From Nostoc sp. PCC 7120 = FACHB-418 (GTDB lineage Bacteria; Cyanobacteriota; Cyanobacteriia; Cyanobacteriales; Nostocaceae), in NCBI RefSeq assembly GCF_000009705.1, contig NC_003272.1:420001-452000 (forward strand): DNA of 32,000 nucleotides, written 5' to 3'. Below are positions 10,509-19,610 of this stretch, in pieces. The notes beneath the pieces were generated by a model. The model saw only the letters and a program-made list of their open reading frames with translations. It was not told where the DNA came from and did not search any database. Positions within the stretch are counted from its first letter, which is position 1. Each line of letters opens with the position of its first letter. A program made the position numbers and the translations under genes.

Positions 10509-10746
10509 TTTCACAGAAGAAGTTCAAAGCGCGTACAAGTTATTTCAACAAGCTAGTCATATCACATCAAATTACACTTATTCAGGCTTAAATTAATTTT
10601 TTCAGTAATACTTGTTTATTTAAACAAATTATTCTGATTGAGCTGTATACTGGTTCCTCGATTAAGTAGTTATACTCAAATCGCACATAGCAGTCGAATC
10701 ATAGTTGAGGAAATAAATCAATGAATAATGATCAAACCTATACACT

Positions 10747-10773
10747 AAAGGGATTTTAAGAACTTCCCTTTTT
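10747..10773 (+). terminator. Possible weak intrinsic terminator
   Basis: AAAGGGA (10747-10753) pairs with TCCCTTT (10765-10771) around an 11-nt loop, running into a 5-T tract (10769-10773). Lies downstream of the small ORFs and upstream of the calpain-like gene. Confidence 0.25.
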
Positions 10774-10924
10774 GCCTGCTATATTGCGTATTTCTACCCT
10801 AGATCATTAACAAACTTAAAGCGCAACATTAAACAAATTTCACCATATCTTTTTGTTTAAAGCTTTAAGCATTTACAGTGTGTAATTTTTCAAGTGGTTT
10901 CGACTAGATTCAGTAAGGAAAAGT

Positions 10925-12430
10925 ATGGCTCTTGATAAAGTAGGTAACACCCTCAGTAACAGTCAAAAAATAACTTTCAATACTAAAACTCAGACTATTT
11001 CTGACTGGGTAGGCTCCTCAGATATCAATGATTTCTATAGCTTTAGTTTAAGTTCTCATAGTAGTGTGAGTATTGCTATAGATGGCTTAAGCGCTAATGC
11101 AGATTTACAACTGCTTAAGGACAAGAATAGCAATAACTCAATTGATAAAGGTGATGTGATTGCTAGTTCTAGTAAAGGTGGAACTCTCAGTGAATCAATT
11201 AGCAAAACTTTAAACGCTGGGAATTACTTTATTAGAGTCTATTCAAAACGTGGTAACACTGAATATGAGTTGAAATTTTTTCAAACTTCTTCAACTTCTC
11301 CAGAAGAAGTCTACAAAGAGAGTAGCGTTAGTAGCAATGCAGGAAATAGCACATTGGCCGCTACCAGTGCAGATTGGTTTAGTCAAAATTTAAACGACCA
11401 AAAAATTGTTTCTCTAGCACGCAACTTAGCATCTGATGGGAAATTAAGCCGTCAGGATATGTTGGATATTTTCAGAAATGTCCAAGATAATTCTGTGGTT
11501 GACAGCAACGAGGTAAAAGACCTGAAAACAATAGTTGCTGCTGGGAACAACTTTAATATCGAAGACCATGTTAAATGGCTCTCAGCACAGGTTGCTAATG
11601 GGGCCTCATCAGGCATGAGTGCTAGTAATTTTGAGTCTAAATTAGTCGGTCGCTGGTTTTTAGGAACTGTAGCACCGACACCTGAGTTTAATGGTAAAAA
11701 GCTTACTTACACTGAGGTCAAGGGTAATCTTTTTGGTAGTACTAATAAGGCGGAAATCGGCGATATTCATCAAGGAATAATCAATGACTGTACATTCTTA
11801 GCTGCTTTGGGTGCAACCTTTAGCCGTCAGTCTGATGATTCAGGTAATGCTTCCAGTTCTGTGATCAAGAACATGATTAAAGACAACGGAGACAATACTT
11901 ATACTGTACGCTTTTACTCAGGTAAATATTATGCACCTGGTGAAGCACAATATGTAACAGTAGACCGTCGTATTGCCACCAACATAGCTGCTCAAAGAAA
12001 TGATGGTGTTCTTTGGGTAGCGTTAGTAGAAAAAGCTTATGCTCAATGGCGCGAATGGACAGATGGTCGCCCTGGCTATAACATCATTGGTAATGGCGGC
12101 GCTCTTGCTCCTCCTCTTAGCTTCATTACAGGACGCAAGACCAATAACTATAGTAAGAGTAGAATCAGCTTTTCGCTGCTGGAAGATGCTTTGAAAGCTG
12201 GCAAGGCTATAACTACATCCCGTTCAGGCAAAGATACTTCGTTTATTTTAGGTTCCCATGCCTATTCAGTGAGCAACGCTTACATTAGTGCTAGTGGGGA
12301 GCAACGTGTTGTAGTTCGCAACCCTTGGGGAGTAGACGGCAAAGCTAAAAGTGGCGCTAATGATGGGTTTATCAACTTATCCTATCAAGAGTTTATCAAC
12401 TCTTTCAATCTAGGGGTTAGCGTCTCCTAG
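10925..12430 (+). CDS. Calpain-like (peptidase C2) cysteine protease with an N-terminal pre-peptidase C-terminal (PPC)-type domain
   Basis: 501-aa ORF with a good RBS (AAGGAA 5 nt upstream). PPC-like N-terminus: DINDFYSFSL...ADLQLL...GNYFIRVY. Calpain triad motifs in order: Cys QGIINDCTFLAALGA, His GSHAYSV, Asn VVRNPWG. No signal peptide. Confidence 0.8.
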   Translation: MALDKVGNTLSNSQKITFNTKTQTISDWVGSSDINDFYSFSLSSHSSVSIAIDGLSANADLQLLKDKNSNNSIDKGDVIASSSKGGTLSESISKTLNAGNYFIRVYSKRGNTEYELKFFQTSSTSPEEVYKESSVSSNAGNSTLAATSADWFSQNLNDQKIVSLARNLASDGKLSRQDMLDIFRNVQDNSVVDSNEVKDLKTIVAAGNNFNIEDHVKWLSAQVANGASSGMSASNFESKLVGRWFLGTVAPTPEFNGKKLTYTEVKGNLFGSTNKAEIGDIHQGIINDCTFLAALGATFSRQSDDSGNASSSVIKNMIKDNGDNTYTVRFYSGKYYAPGEAQYVTVDRRIATNIAAQRNDGVLWVALVEKAYAQWREWTDGRPGYNIIGNGGALAPPLSFITGRKTNNYSKSRISFSLLEDALKAGKAITTSRSGKDTSFILGSHAYSVSNAYISASGEQRVVVRNPWGVDGKAKSGANDGFINLSYQEFINSFNLGVSVS

Positions 12431-13505
12431 TAGAAATAGATCAACAAAGAGTATCTCGTACACAAGTTCTCAAGCATCTACTCCGAACTGATGCACTACG
12501 TTGTCTGTTCAAACTTGGTGTAAGCGTATGGGGGGTGTAAAGGTTTTGAACATCAACACCCCTCCTTCTCCCAACCCTTAATTTTTAGTTTTCAGATGTA
12601 AGTCATGCACTCAAGAAGACTCGTTATTAAAGAAACTAAATTTTTAGTAAAAAAATATACTTTACTAATGCAAAACGCTTTGATGAGCAAAATAGGTTTT
12701 GCGTATTTATCATCGAGTTAAAAATACTACCTTTATTCTGCACAGACAAAACAGCTTATAAAAACGTCAAAGTATAAACAATTATAAAACAGTTAATTTT
12801 TAACTATATTGACTACCTTATCTAAAATAATGTAGCTCCGAGAATTTTGTACAACATAAATATTATTAGATGAAGTTATTTTATTTGCATATATCAATAG
12901 TTACAATTCTTGATTATAAAAATATCTATCAAAGGTTATACCGAGTAGAATGGTTCTTCTAAAAATATACTTTTTGCAAGTAGATTCTATTTAATCTACT
13001 TAAAAGTTATTCAGCGTGATAAAGGGAGTCTATGTACCTACCCATATGCCTGACAAGCCTGTGTTCTTTATATTGCAAGTACTACAGCAAAAATAAAAAT
13101 TTCAAAAGTAATATTTAAGTCCGTATAAGACTAATGTTTTTTATATTAAATTCTTTCTCCTTAAATTGACAATAAATACTAAATTATCAAAGCATCCATC
13201 TAAAGTAATAGAAATTAAAATAGCAAATTAATTTAAAAAATATAAATCTTTAATTAACCATTTAAACTTAGCGGTTTCTTTATAAAAGACTAAATAACAA
13301 CATGAAATTAATGTGTAATGATACTGATTAAGTAAAGTACATAATTAATCTATAGGCATTAACTTAACTTTGTTTATACTACTTGGTTAAGGGAAATTCG
13401 CGTACATATATGATTTTTATGTTACCGATGCCTATAGTTAATTACAGGGTTTGTACTTAGCTAATTTGGAATCATCTTGAAATTAGAGAACCGTAAACTA
13501 CTGAC

Positions 13506-14210
13506 ATGGTGAATAAAATGAGAAATTTTCAGAACTGGGGTCGCAGCGTAGCATTAGCAAGTAGTACATTGGCTTTAGGCTCTGCCTTGGCTATTTCCTC
13601 AAGCATCTCCTCTGCTCAGGCTGCATCTCTTGGTGCAATCAATATTACTGGTGGGGCTATTATCGGTAACGTTATTGATATCTCACCAGACAATGACACT
13701 ATTTCATTCACTGCGCCTTTTACGACCGTATCGTCCAGTGGCCCATTTTCTGGTTTGGTTGCTAGCTCTATATCTACTATCAATCTAGTGCTTACAGGTG
13801 CTGGAGTAGAGGTTTTGGGAACAACTGTAACACCCTACTCAGCCACAACTACCGCTCCATTCATTAGTTTTGTGGATGGTTCCAACTTTGTGGTTGATGA
13901 TCCCTCCATTGCTGGTCGAAACTTTACTCCTGGCGATGATGAGAATATCGTAGGATACACGTTGCCTCAATTACGAGGAACATTCTTCAGTAACACTGGC
14001 GACTTCTTAAGCGAAGGAATCCTCACAGCAAATCAAATCAGTGGAACTGGTATCAATGGCAGTTTCTCCTTGACTCTGTCTGCTGTTGAGGTTGGAATAG
14101 GCCAACCAGTACCAGAACCTGCAACCGCAGGCGCACTTGCTGCTTTAGGAATAGGTGCGCTTTTTACAAACAACGTGGTTAAGAAAAAGAAAGTAAAAAT
14201 AAACGCTTAA
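13506..14210 (+). CDS. PEP-CTERM sorting-domain protein (secreted or cell-surface, exosortase substrate)
   Basis: 234-aa ORF. N-terminal signal peptide (..SSISSAQA/AS). C-terminal motif VPEPATAGALAALGIGALF followed by a basic tail (KKKKVK). The start could instead be ATG 13518. Confidence 0.85.
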   Translation: MVNKMRNFQNWGRSVALASSTLALGSALAISSSISSAQAASLGAINITGGAIIGNVIDISPDNDTISFTAPFTTVSSSGPFSGLVASSISTINLVLTGAGVEVLGTTVTPYSATTTAPFISFVDGSNFVVDDPSIAGRNFTPGDDENIVGYTLPQLRGTFFSNTGDFLSEGILTANQISGTGINGSFSLTLSAVEVGIGQPVPEPATAGALAALGIGALFTNNVVKKKKVKINA

Positions 14211-14235
14211 TAAGGGCTTTTATTAAGCGTTTATT
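14199..14235 (+). terminator. Stem-loop terminator overlapping the stop of the PEP-CTERM gene
   Basis: Perfect 16-bp inverted repeat AATAAACGCTTAATAA (14199-14214) / TTATTAAGCGTTTATT (14220-14235) with a 5-nt loop. A second imperfect hairpin follows at about 14250-14285. Confidence 0.5.
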
Positions 14236-14684
14236 CTGATTAACCTTGTAAAACCTCTATGACTTTTAAGGGTTATAGGGGTTTTATAACTAAAAGTTGA
14301 GAAAATTGCAGGCATAGCAAATCTGTTTTGCTGGAAATATATCTGCGTTTTATTTCGTACTGTTTTCTAATTAGTCTGGAGTTTTTTAAAGTTTGTTTAC
14401 TGCTCCCTGTCAAACACTTCCTTTTCACCAGTGTCTTTCGCTTCCGATTCCCAAACCAGACTCACGACGGGTGAATTCGCACCAGTGTTCTTTCGGTTTT
14501 TTTGTCTAGGAATTGCCTTGAATTCTAGATTACAACTTCTCTTATCCCTGGCTTCACTTTGTTTCTTCCGCCCTTCCCGTAGGTGCGCCTCCAACGGAGG
14601 CGCACGTTAACTTAACCAGGTTTATACCAATTCACAATTGAGAGACATTAGAAGTAACGGAACTTTCGTAATTTTTGAATTGAT

Positions 14685-15980
14685 TCATTCATATTCTTGC
14701 AGTGACCCTAACTTGACAATTCCCGGCCAAATCGCAGCCGTAGCAACCACGACTAAAATCGTGCCAATACCGCCACCAACTACGGAAAGCACAGGGCCGA
14801 ATAAAGCTGCCGTTAGACCAGATTCAAAACCTCCCAACTCATTGGAAGCGCTAATAAATACGCTATTAATCGCTGCAACTCGACCGCGTAATTGGTCGGG
14901 GGTTCTGATTTGCACCAATGTATGGCGAATCACTACGCTGATAGTATCTAGTGCGCCACTCAGGGTAAGCATGATTAGGGATAGCCAAAACCACCGGGAA
15001 AGACCAAAGATAATTGTCACCACACCAAAGCCAATCACAGACCACAATAAAGCTGTCCCAGCTTTACGTAGTGGTGGGAGATAGGCTAAGGTCACAGCCA
15101 TAATTAAAGCGCCGATGGAAGGCGCTGCTTGTAAGTATCCCAGTTCTACTGGCCCCACCTGCAAAATATCTTTGGCAAAGACTGGTAACAGTGCAACTGC
15201 GCCTCCTAATAAGACAGCAAACATATCTAAGGTAATAGCTGCCAGAATTAATTGATTTTCCCAAATGAACTTAGCACCGGCGGCTAGTACTTGTAAGGAT
15301 ATAGGTTCAGTGACACGCTCAACTGTTTTCTCTTTGATTGCTGCCATGAAGAGAAAACACAAAAAACCAGCGATCGCTGCTAAGATATACACTCCTGTGG
15401 CGCTTCCTAGTACTGCAATCCCCAAACCACCCAAAGCCGGGCCAGCCACAGATGCTAACTGAAAGCTACTACTATTCCAAGTGGCTGCATTGGTAAACAC
15501 ATTCACTGGTATTAACTGCCACATAATTGCATCACTGGCAGGCTTGAGAAATGCTCTACCCACACCAATAAGCGCCAAGCAGCCATAAATTAAAAATACT
15601 GCGCCTCTAGTATAAGACAGTACTGCTAAACCCAGGGAGCAGAGCGCTAATAACATTACTGACAATAATATAGTCAGTTTGCGTGAACGGCGATCGGCAA
15701 TATCTCCAGCAACTAAGGTGAGGGCAATCATCGGTAAGACTTGGGCTAACCCCACGCCACCTAACACCATAGCTGAGTTAGTGCGTTCGTAGAGTTCCCA
15801 ACCAATAGCTACAGTCTGCATCTGTGATCCCACAGATAGCAGCACACGTCCTAATGTAAATAGGCGATAGTCTCGAAACCTCAAAGCGGCAAAGGGGTCG
15901 TGCTGGTTAGCTTCAGCGCTTGGGGGGGGTGAATTCCGTTTGATCAAAGACATTTTTGAGTAAAGCCAATCCTTTTTCAA
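14685..15980 (-). CDS. MFS transporter (12-TM efflux type)
   Basis: 431-aa ORF, hydrophobic throughout with about 12 predicted helices. MFS-like loop GDIADRRSRK between TM2 and TM3. Its 5' end overlaps the 3' end of the upstream MarR gene, suggesting an operon. Confidence 0.8.
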   Translation of the reverse strand: MKKDWLYSKMSLIKRNSPPPSAEANQHDPFAALRFRDYRLFTLGRVLLSVGSQMQTVAIGWELYERTNSAMVLGGVGLAQVLPMIALTLVAGDIADRRSRKLTILLSVMLLALCSLGLAVLSYTRGAVFLIYGCLALIGVGRAFLKPASDAIMWQLIPVNVFTNAATWNSSSFQLASVAGPALGGLGIAVLGSATGVYILAAIAGFLCFLFMAAIKEKTVERVTEPISLQVLAAGAKFIWENQLILAAITLDMFAVLLGGAVALLPVFAKDILQVGPVELGYLQAAPSIGALIMAVTLAYLPPLRKAGTALLWSVIGFGVVTIIFGLSRWFWLSLIMLTLSGALDTISVVIRHTLVQIRTPDQLRGRVAAINSVFISASNELGGFESGLTAALFGPVLSVVGGGIGTILVVVATAAIWPGIVKLGSLQEYE

Positions 15981-16395
15981 CTTGGGATATTTCCTCGGCT
16001 GTCAGACCTTCCAAAAGATCAGCAATTTGGGCGCGTGTTTCATCTAAAGATTGTTGCAAAATAGATTTCCCCTCATCAGTCAGAGTGAGGACAATACGTC
16101 TGCGCTCTTGTGGATGGTGAATCCGTTGCACTAATTCCCGTTGTACTAGCCGTTCGATTGTGGCTGATGCTGTAGCAGAGGTGACACCTAAATGCTCTGC
16201 TAGATCAGATAAGGACGCTCCGGGGTTACGATTGAGGAATGCTAGCGATCGCAATTGTGGTATCGATAAAAAAGTGGCTTTGTGCGCTCGCATTTTCGCT
16301 CGGATAAACCGCATCACTGAGGGTACTGTTTCCATTACTTTGGCGGCACATTCTACAGAATTTGCACCTTCTTGAGAGGGTTTATCGAGCTTCAT
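15913..16395 (-). CDS. MarR-family transcriptional regulator
   Basis: Winged-HTH MarR pattern: LSIPQLRSLAFLNRNPGASLSDLAEHLGVTSATASATIERLVQRELVQRIHHPQERRRIVLTLTDEGK. The ORF is open to 16539, but ATG 16395 (MKLDKPSQ...) gives a typical 160-aa MarR. Confidence 0.8.
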   Translation of the reverse strand: MKLDKPSQEGANSVECAAKVMETVPSVMRFIRAKMRAHKATFLSIPQLRSLAFLNRNPGASLSDLAEHLGVTSATASATIERLVQRELVQRIHHPQERRRIVLTLTDEGKSILQQSLDETRAQIADLLEGLTAEEISQVEKGLALLKNVFDQTEFTPPKR

Positions 16396-16452
16396 GAGTA
16401 TCGTAATTCTCCTAATTACATCATCACCAGTGGATAAAGTTTGCCACAGATG

Positions 16453-16492
16453 AGGTTTAAACCTATTAATGCTAATAAGAGAATTGTACAAT
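16453..16492. promoter_or_regulatory. Candidate MarR operator palindromes upstream of marR
   Basis: Perfect palindromes AGGTTTAAACCT (16453-16464) and ATTGTACAAT (16483-16492) lie 58-97 nt upstream of the proposed marR start. Assignment rests on position only. Confidence 0.2.
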
Positions 16493-16552
16493 CCAGACCA
16501 AAGCCATATACGCTTGAACCTTGCAACAATCATTCTCACCCGCTCCTCAATC

Positions 16553-17557
16553 CTACACGCCCAATTCGGACATTACCTGTAACCATTTATCTGGTGTTGG
16601 CAAACTTTCCTGGAGAAATTCGGGGGTAAGATTGCTAGCGTTGGCTTTGTATAAAAGAGTTGCGTAGGTAAAACAACGAGCTTGTTTCTTGAAATCGTCA
16701 GCACCGTAAACAGAAATCAGTTCTGCTAGTTTATCTTCTACCTTGAGGATTGCTGTGGGAGCAAGGGCAAGTAAATCATTCATCCACTGTTCCTTCTCCA
16801 CAATGAAGGCGGACAATTCTGGATGCGGGGAATCTCTATATTCATCACAAACTGCCTGGATTTTTGCCCATTTATAACTACCCCAGGGTTTAGCCATCAT
16901 CACAGGTAACTGCCATTTGACCATCTCTTCACGCCAATAGTCTTGAGGTGCTTGTACCTGCACAACCTCAAAACTAGGTAAAATTAACCCAGTTAATTTA
17001 CCACCGTGACAGGCTCCAGTATCAATCCCATAAATCTTTCCCGCAATGATCAGTGGAATATCACCTACAACATGATGACCAAAGATAATAGGCTTGACAC
17101 CAGTATATAACTGGCTCCAGTATGTATTTCCATAGCGTTTTTCTAGATGCTTTTCTCCCGCAGTGCAACCACACAAAACCTCTGGTCTCTGTTCCCCTAT
17201 AGGTATACCATCTTCCACGGCCGCATGAACTAAAATTGCTGCGTCAGTTTCGTGATAATAAGGCCTGTGACTAACCCATTCTAAAAATTCTGGGTAGCGA
17301 TCGCCAAACTGTAATTTCACAATTTCCTGGGAATAGGAAAGCGTTTGGCGTAGATGTTTGCGTTCATGATTACCCATCAAAACGATAGTGTTGGGGCGAT
17401 TTTTGAGAAAATCATACACCCTGACAGAATCAACCCCGCGATCGACGATATCACCTAATGAGATTAAACAGTCTTCTTTTGTAATTTGCGCTTTAGTTAG
17501 TAGTTGAAGCAGTTCTTCATAACAACCATGAATATCACCAACTATGATTGTTCGCAT
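16553..17557 (-). CDS. Metallophosphoesterase, PPP-family Ser/Thr phosphatase / ApaH-like, with a C-terminal extension of roughly 100 aa
   Basis: 334-aa ORF with canonical PPP motifs: GDIHGC, GDIVDRG, GNHE, and later VHAAV / GHH. Confidence 0.8.
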   Translation of the reverse strand: MRTIIVGDIHGCYEELLQLLTKAQITKEDCLISLGDIVDRGVDSVRVYDFLKNRPNTIVLMGNHERKHLRQTLSYSQEIVKLQFGDRYPEFLEWVSHRPYYHETDAAILVHAAVEDGIPIGEQRPEVLCGCTAGEKHLEKRYGNTYWSQLYTGVKPIIFGHHVVGDIPLIIAGKIYGIDTGACHGGKLTGLILPSFEVVQVQAPQDYWREEMVKWQLPVMMAKPWGSYKWAKIQAVCDEYRDSPHPELSAFIVEKEQWMNDLLALAPTAILKVEDKLAELISVYGADDFKKQARCFTYATLLYKANASNLTPEFLQESLPTPDKWLQVMSELGV

Positions 17558-17730
17558 AGTCTCAGTTAGATCAAATAACTTAAGTTTAATAGGGGATTTG
17601 AATTAAATTAGGACTTACGCATGAAAACGAAAAATCAAGGGTTTGGAAAAGGGTGTAGGGGTATAGGGGAGTAAGTGAAGACGCGACTCATCGCGTCTCT
17701 ACGGATGGTTTATTCATTTTTTGGTGTTCC

Positions 17731-18891
17731 CTAATTTAAGCCTTGCAATACGGCCACTAATTTTTCTATATGTGATGCTTTATGAGTTGCCATTAAGGAT
17801 ATTCTGATGCGACTTGTGGGGACTGTGGGGGGACGAATTGCTGGGGCGAAGATTCCTGCTTGTTTTAGTTGCTTACCCACTTGTAGCGCTTCGCTGGGAC
17901 TTGACAACTGAAAACATAGTATGGGCGATGCTGATGGTAGTAATTTGAGGTTTGGTATTTTCTGTAATAATTCTCTCAAGTAATTAACGTTGTGCCATAA
18001 CTGCATTCGGTGTTGTGGTTCTTGTTGAGCTATATTGATTGCTGCTAGGGCTGCTGCTGTATCTGCGGGTGATAACCCTGTGGTATATATCCAACTAGGG
18101 GCGCGGTTTCGCAAATAGTCAATCAGGTTGTGGCTTCCTGTTACATAACCGCCTAGACTACCTAAGGCTTTACTCAATGTACCAATTTGGATTAATTGCC
18201 TACCTGTACACCCAAAATGTTCTACACACCCAGCACCAGTTTCACCCATCACTCCAGTAGCATGAGCTTCATCAACTAGGAGCATACAACTAAATTCTTC
18301 AGCCAAATCTAATAGATCTGGTAAAGGGCATAAATCCCCATCCATGCTGAAGACGCTATCCGTCAAAATTAAACAACGTCGGTAGTTTTGCCGTTGCTCA
18401 AGTAATTGGGTTTTCAGTTCCCCTACCTGACAGTGGGAATATTCCCTAACTGTCGCCCCACTGAGAATAGCTCCATTTTTCAGACTGGAATGATTGTATT
18501 GGTCAGATAAGATTAAATCACGCTTGCCGACAAGAGCTGCGATCGCTCCTATATTAGCCAGATAGCCTGAGCTAAACACTAACGCGTCTTCTGTTTGTTT
18601 CCAAGAGGCGATCGCCTTTTCTAATTGCCCATGCAGTTCTCGATGTCCACTCAATAATCTCGAACCAGTACTCCCAGTGCCAAATTCTTGAGTAGCAGCT
18701 ACAGCCGCAGCTATTAAGCGTTCATCCCCAGCCAACCCCAAATAATCATTACTAGCAAAATTAATTACCTCCTGACCCCCTAAAACTACGCTTGCGCCAG
18801 CACGACCCTGTATTGCTTGCACTGAACGATACCAATCTGCCCGATGGATGGTTAGGAGTGAGTTTTGTAACCAAGCATAGGGATCGGGCAT
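17731..18891 (-). CDS. bioF: 8-amino-7-oxononanoate synthase (PLP-dependent, biotin synthesis)
   Basis: 386-aa ORF. Alpha-oxoamine synthase pattern: [23 protein letters not shown]-lysine motif [14 protein letters not shown]. Confidence 0.85.
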   Translation of the reverse strand: MPDPYAWLQNSLLTIHRADWYRSVQAIQGRAGASVVLGGQEVINFASNDYLGLAGDERLIAAAVAATQEFGTGSTGSRLLSGHRELHGQLEKAIASWKQTEDALVFSSGYLANIGAIAALVGKRDLILSDQYNHSSLKNGAILSGATVREYSHCQVGELKTQLLEQRQNYRRCLILTDSVFSMDGDLCPLPDLLDLAEEFSCMLLVDEAHATGVMGETGAGCVEHFGCTGRQLIQIGTLSKALGSLGGYVTGSHNLIDYLRNRAPSWIYTTGLSPADTAAALAAINIAQQEPQHRMQLWHNVNYLRELLQKIPNLKLLPSASPILCFQLSSPSEALQVGKQLKQAGIFAPAIRPPTVPTSRIRISLMATHKASHIEKLVAVLQGLN

Positions 18892-18895
18892 AGCA

Positions 18896-18937
18896 ATTCA
18901 AAATTCAAAATTCAAAATTCAAAATTCAAAATTAAAG
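18896..18937. repeat. STRR heptamer tandem repeat (ATTCAAA)x5 plus a partial unit
   Basis: attcaaaattcaaaattcaaaattcaaaattcaaaattaaag, read directly in the bioF-ruvA intergenic region. Confidence 0.9.
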
Positions 18938-18968
18938 AACTCTTAGGGAGTGGGGGAGTAGCTGATGA

Positions 18969-19610
18969 CTAATGACTAACTTGCTCACTACTGCTGAGGT
19001 GGGCGATCGCTTGTTTGATCCAGTCTTCTACATAGGCATCCTTGGGTAATCCGATGTCTTCACTGACTACGTGTAAAGCGTGGCTAACTTCATGGGCGGT
19101 GTAACCCAGGGCGAATAGAGTCATTTGCACTTCTTCGAGAATGCCGGGGGCTGGGCCTTCGGTAGCGACGAAGAAGCCTGCTGATTTGCGCCACTCGATT
19201 AATTTGGCTTTGAGTTCCAAACAAACACGCTCGGCGATTTTTTTGCCCACACCTGGGGCTTGAATTAAGATTTGGACGTTAGCAGCAATGATGGCTTGGA
19301 CTAAATCGGGTAGTTCCAAGGTGTCTAAGAGAGCGATCGCGCTGGCTGCACCTACACCACTCACAGACAATAGGTGGCGGAATAAATCCCGTTCGGCTGG
19401 GGAAGAGAAACCATAAAGCAAGGGAATTTCTTCCCGGACTTGGTAATGGGTAAATATTTGTACCAAATCTCCGGTTGTGGGTAATTGCTTGGCTAACCGT
19501 TGGGGAATTTGCAAATCATAGCCCATACCATTCACTTCGAGAGTGAGAATGACACGATTGCTGCCTACGTTTTGAATACCGGCGACTATACCTTTGAGAT
19601 AGCTAATCAT
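18969..19610 (-). CDS. ruvA: Holliday junction branch-migration complex subunit RuvA
   Basis: 213-aa ORF. Typical RuvA start MISYLKG..., OB-fold N-terminus, and HhH motifs ([30 protein letters not shown]). Its start overlaps the upstream gene's stop (ATGA). Confidence 0.9.
   Translation of the reverse strand: MISYLKGIVAGIQNVGSNRVILTLEVNGMGYDLQIPQRLAKQLPTTGDLVQIFTHYQVREEIPLLYGFSSPAERDLFRHLLSVSGVGAASAIALLDTLELPDLVQAIIAANVQILIQAPGVGKKIAERVCLELKAKLIEWRKSAGFFVATEGPAPGILEEVQMTLFALGYTAHEVSHALHVVSEDIGLPKDAYVEDWIKQAIAHLSSSEQVSH

Noticed and set aside
3157-10596. Interpretation of the TPS pair plus the small downstream ORF as a contact-dependent inhibition (CdiA toxin / CdiI immunity) locus
   Set aside because: CdiA-type proteins have variable C-terminal toxin tips after a pretoxin motif (VENN and similar). 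Here the C-terminal roughly 200 aa are the most conserved part between the paralogs. No VENN-like motif is seen, paralog 1 has no small ORF after it, and no cdiB/tpsB is present.
14397-14594. 65-aa minus-strand ORF (Arg/Lys/Glu-rich) and the perfect hairpin GTGCGCCTCC-AAC-GGAGGCGCAC at 14583-14605
   Set aside because: The ORF has no RBS and is low-complexity. It sits in the convergent intergenic region between the PEP-CTERM and MFS genes. The hairpin lacks a U-tract on either strand, so it may be a dispersed palindromic element or a non-canonical terminator, and I cannot assign it a function.
14638-15462. Plus-strand ORFs 14638-15084 and 15265-15462 and minus-strand ORF 15064-15264
   Set aside because: They are antisense or alternate-frame readings within the 431-aa MFS transporter gene, whose hydrophobic 12-TM pattern clearly identifies the real frame.
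16396-16539. N-terminal 48-aa extension of the MarR ORF (start at 16539) and plus-strand ORFs 16160-16375 and 16441-16629
   Set aside because: The extension (MRMIVARFKRIWLWSG...) adds non-MarR sequence, whereas the internal ATG at 16395 gives a canonical-length protein. The plus-strand ORFs are antisense or intergenic artefacts.
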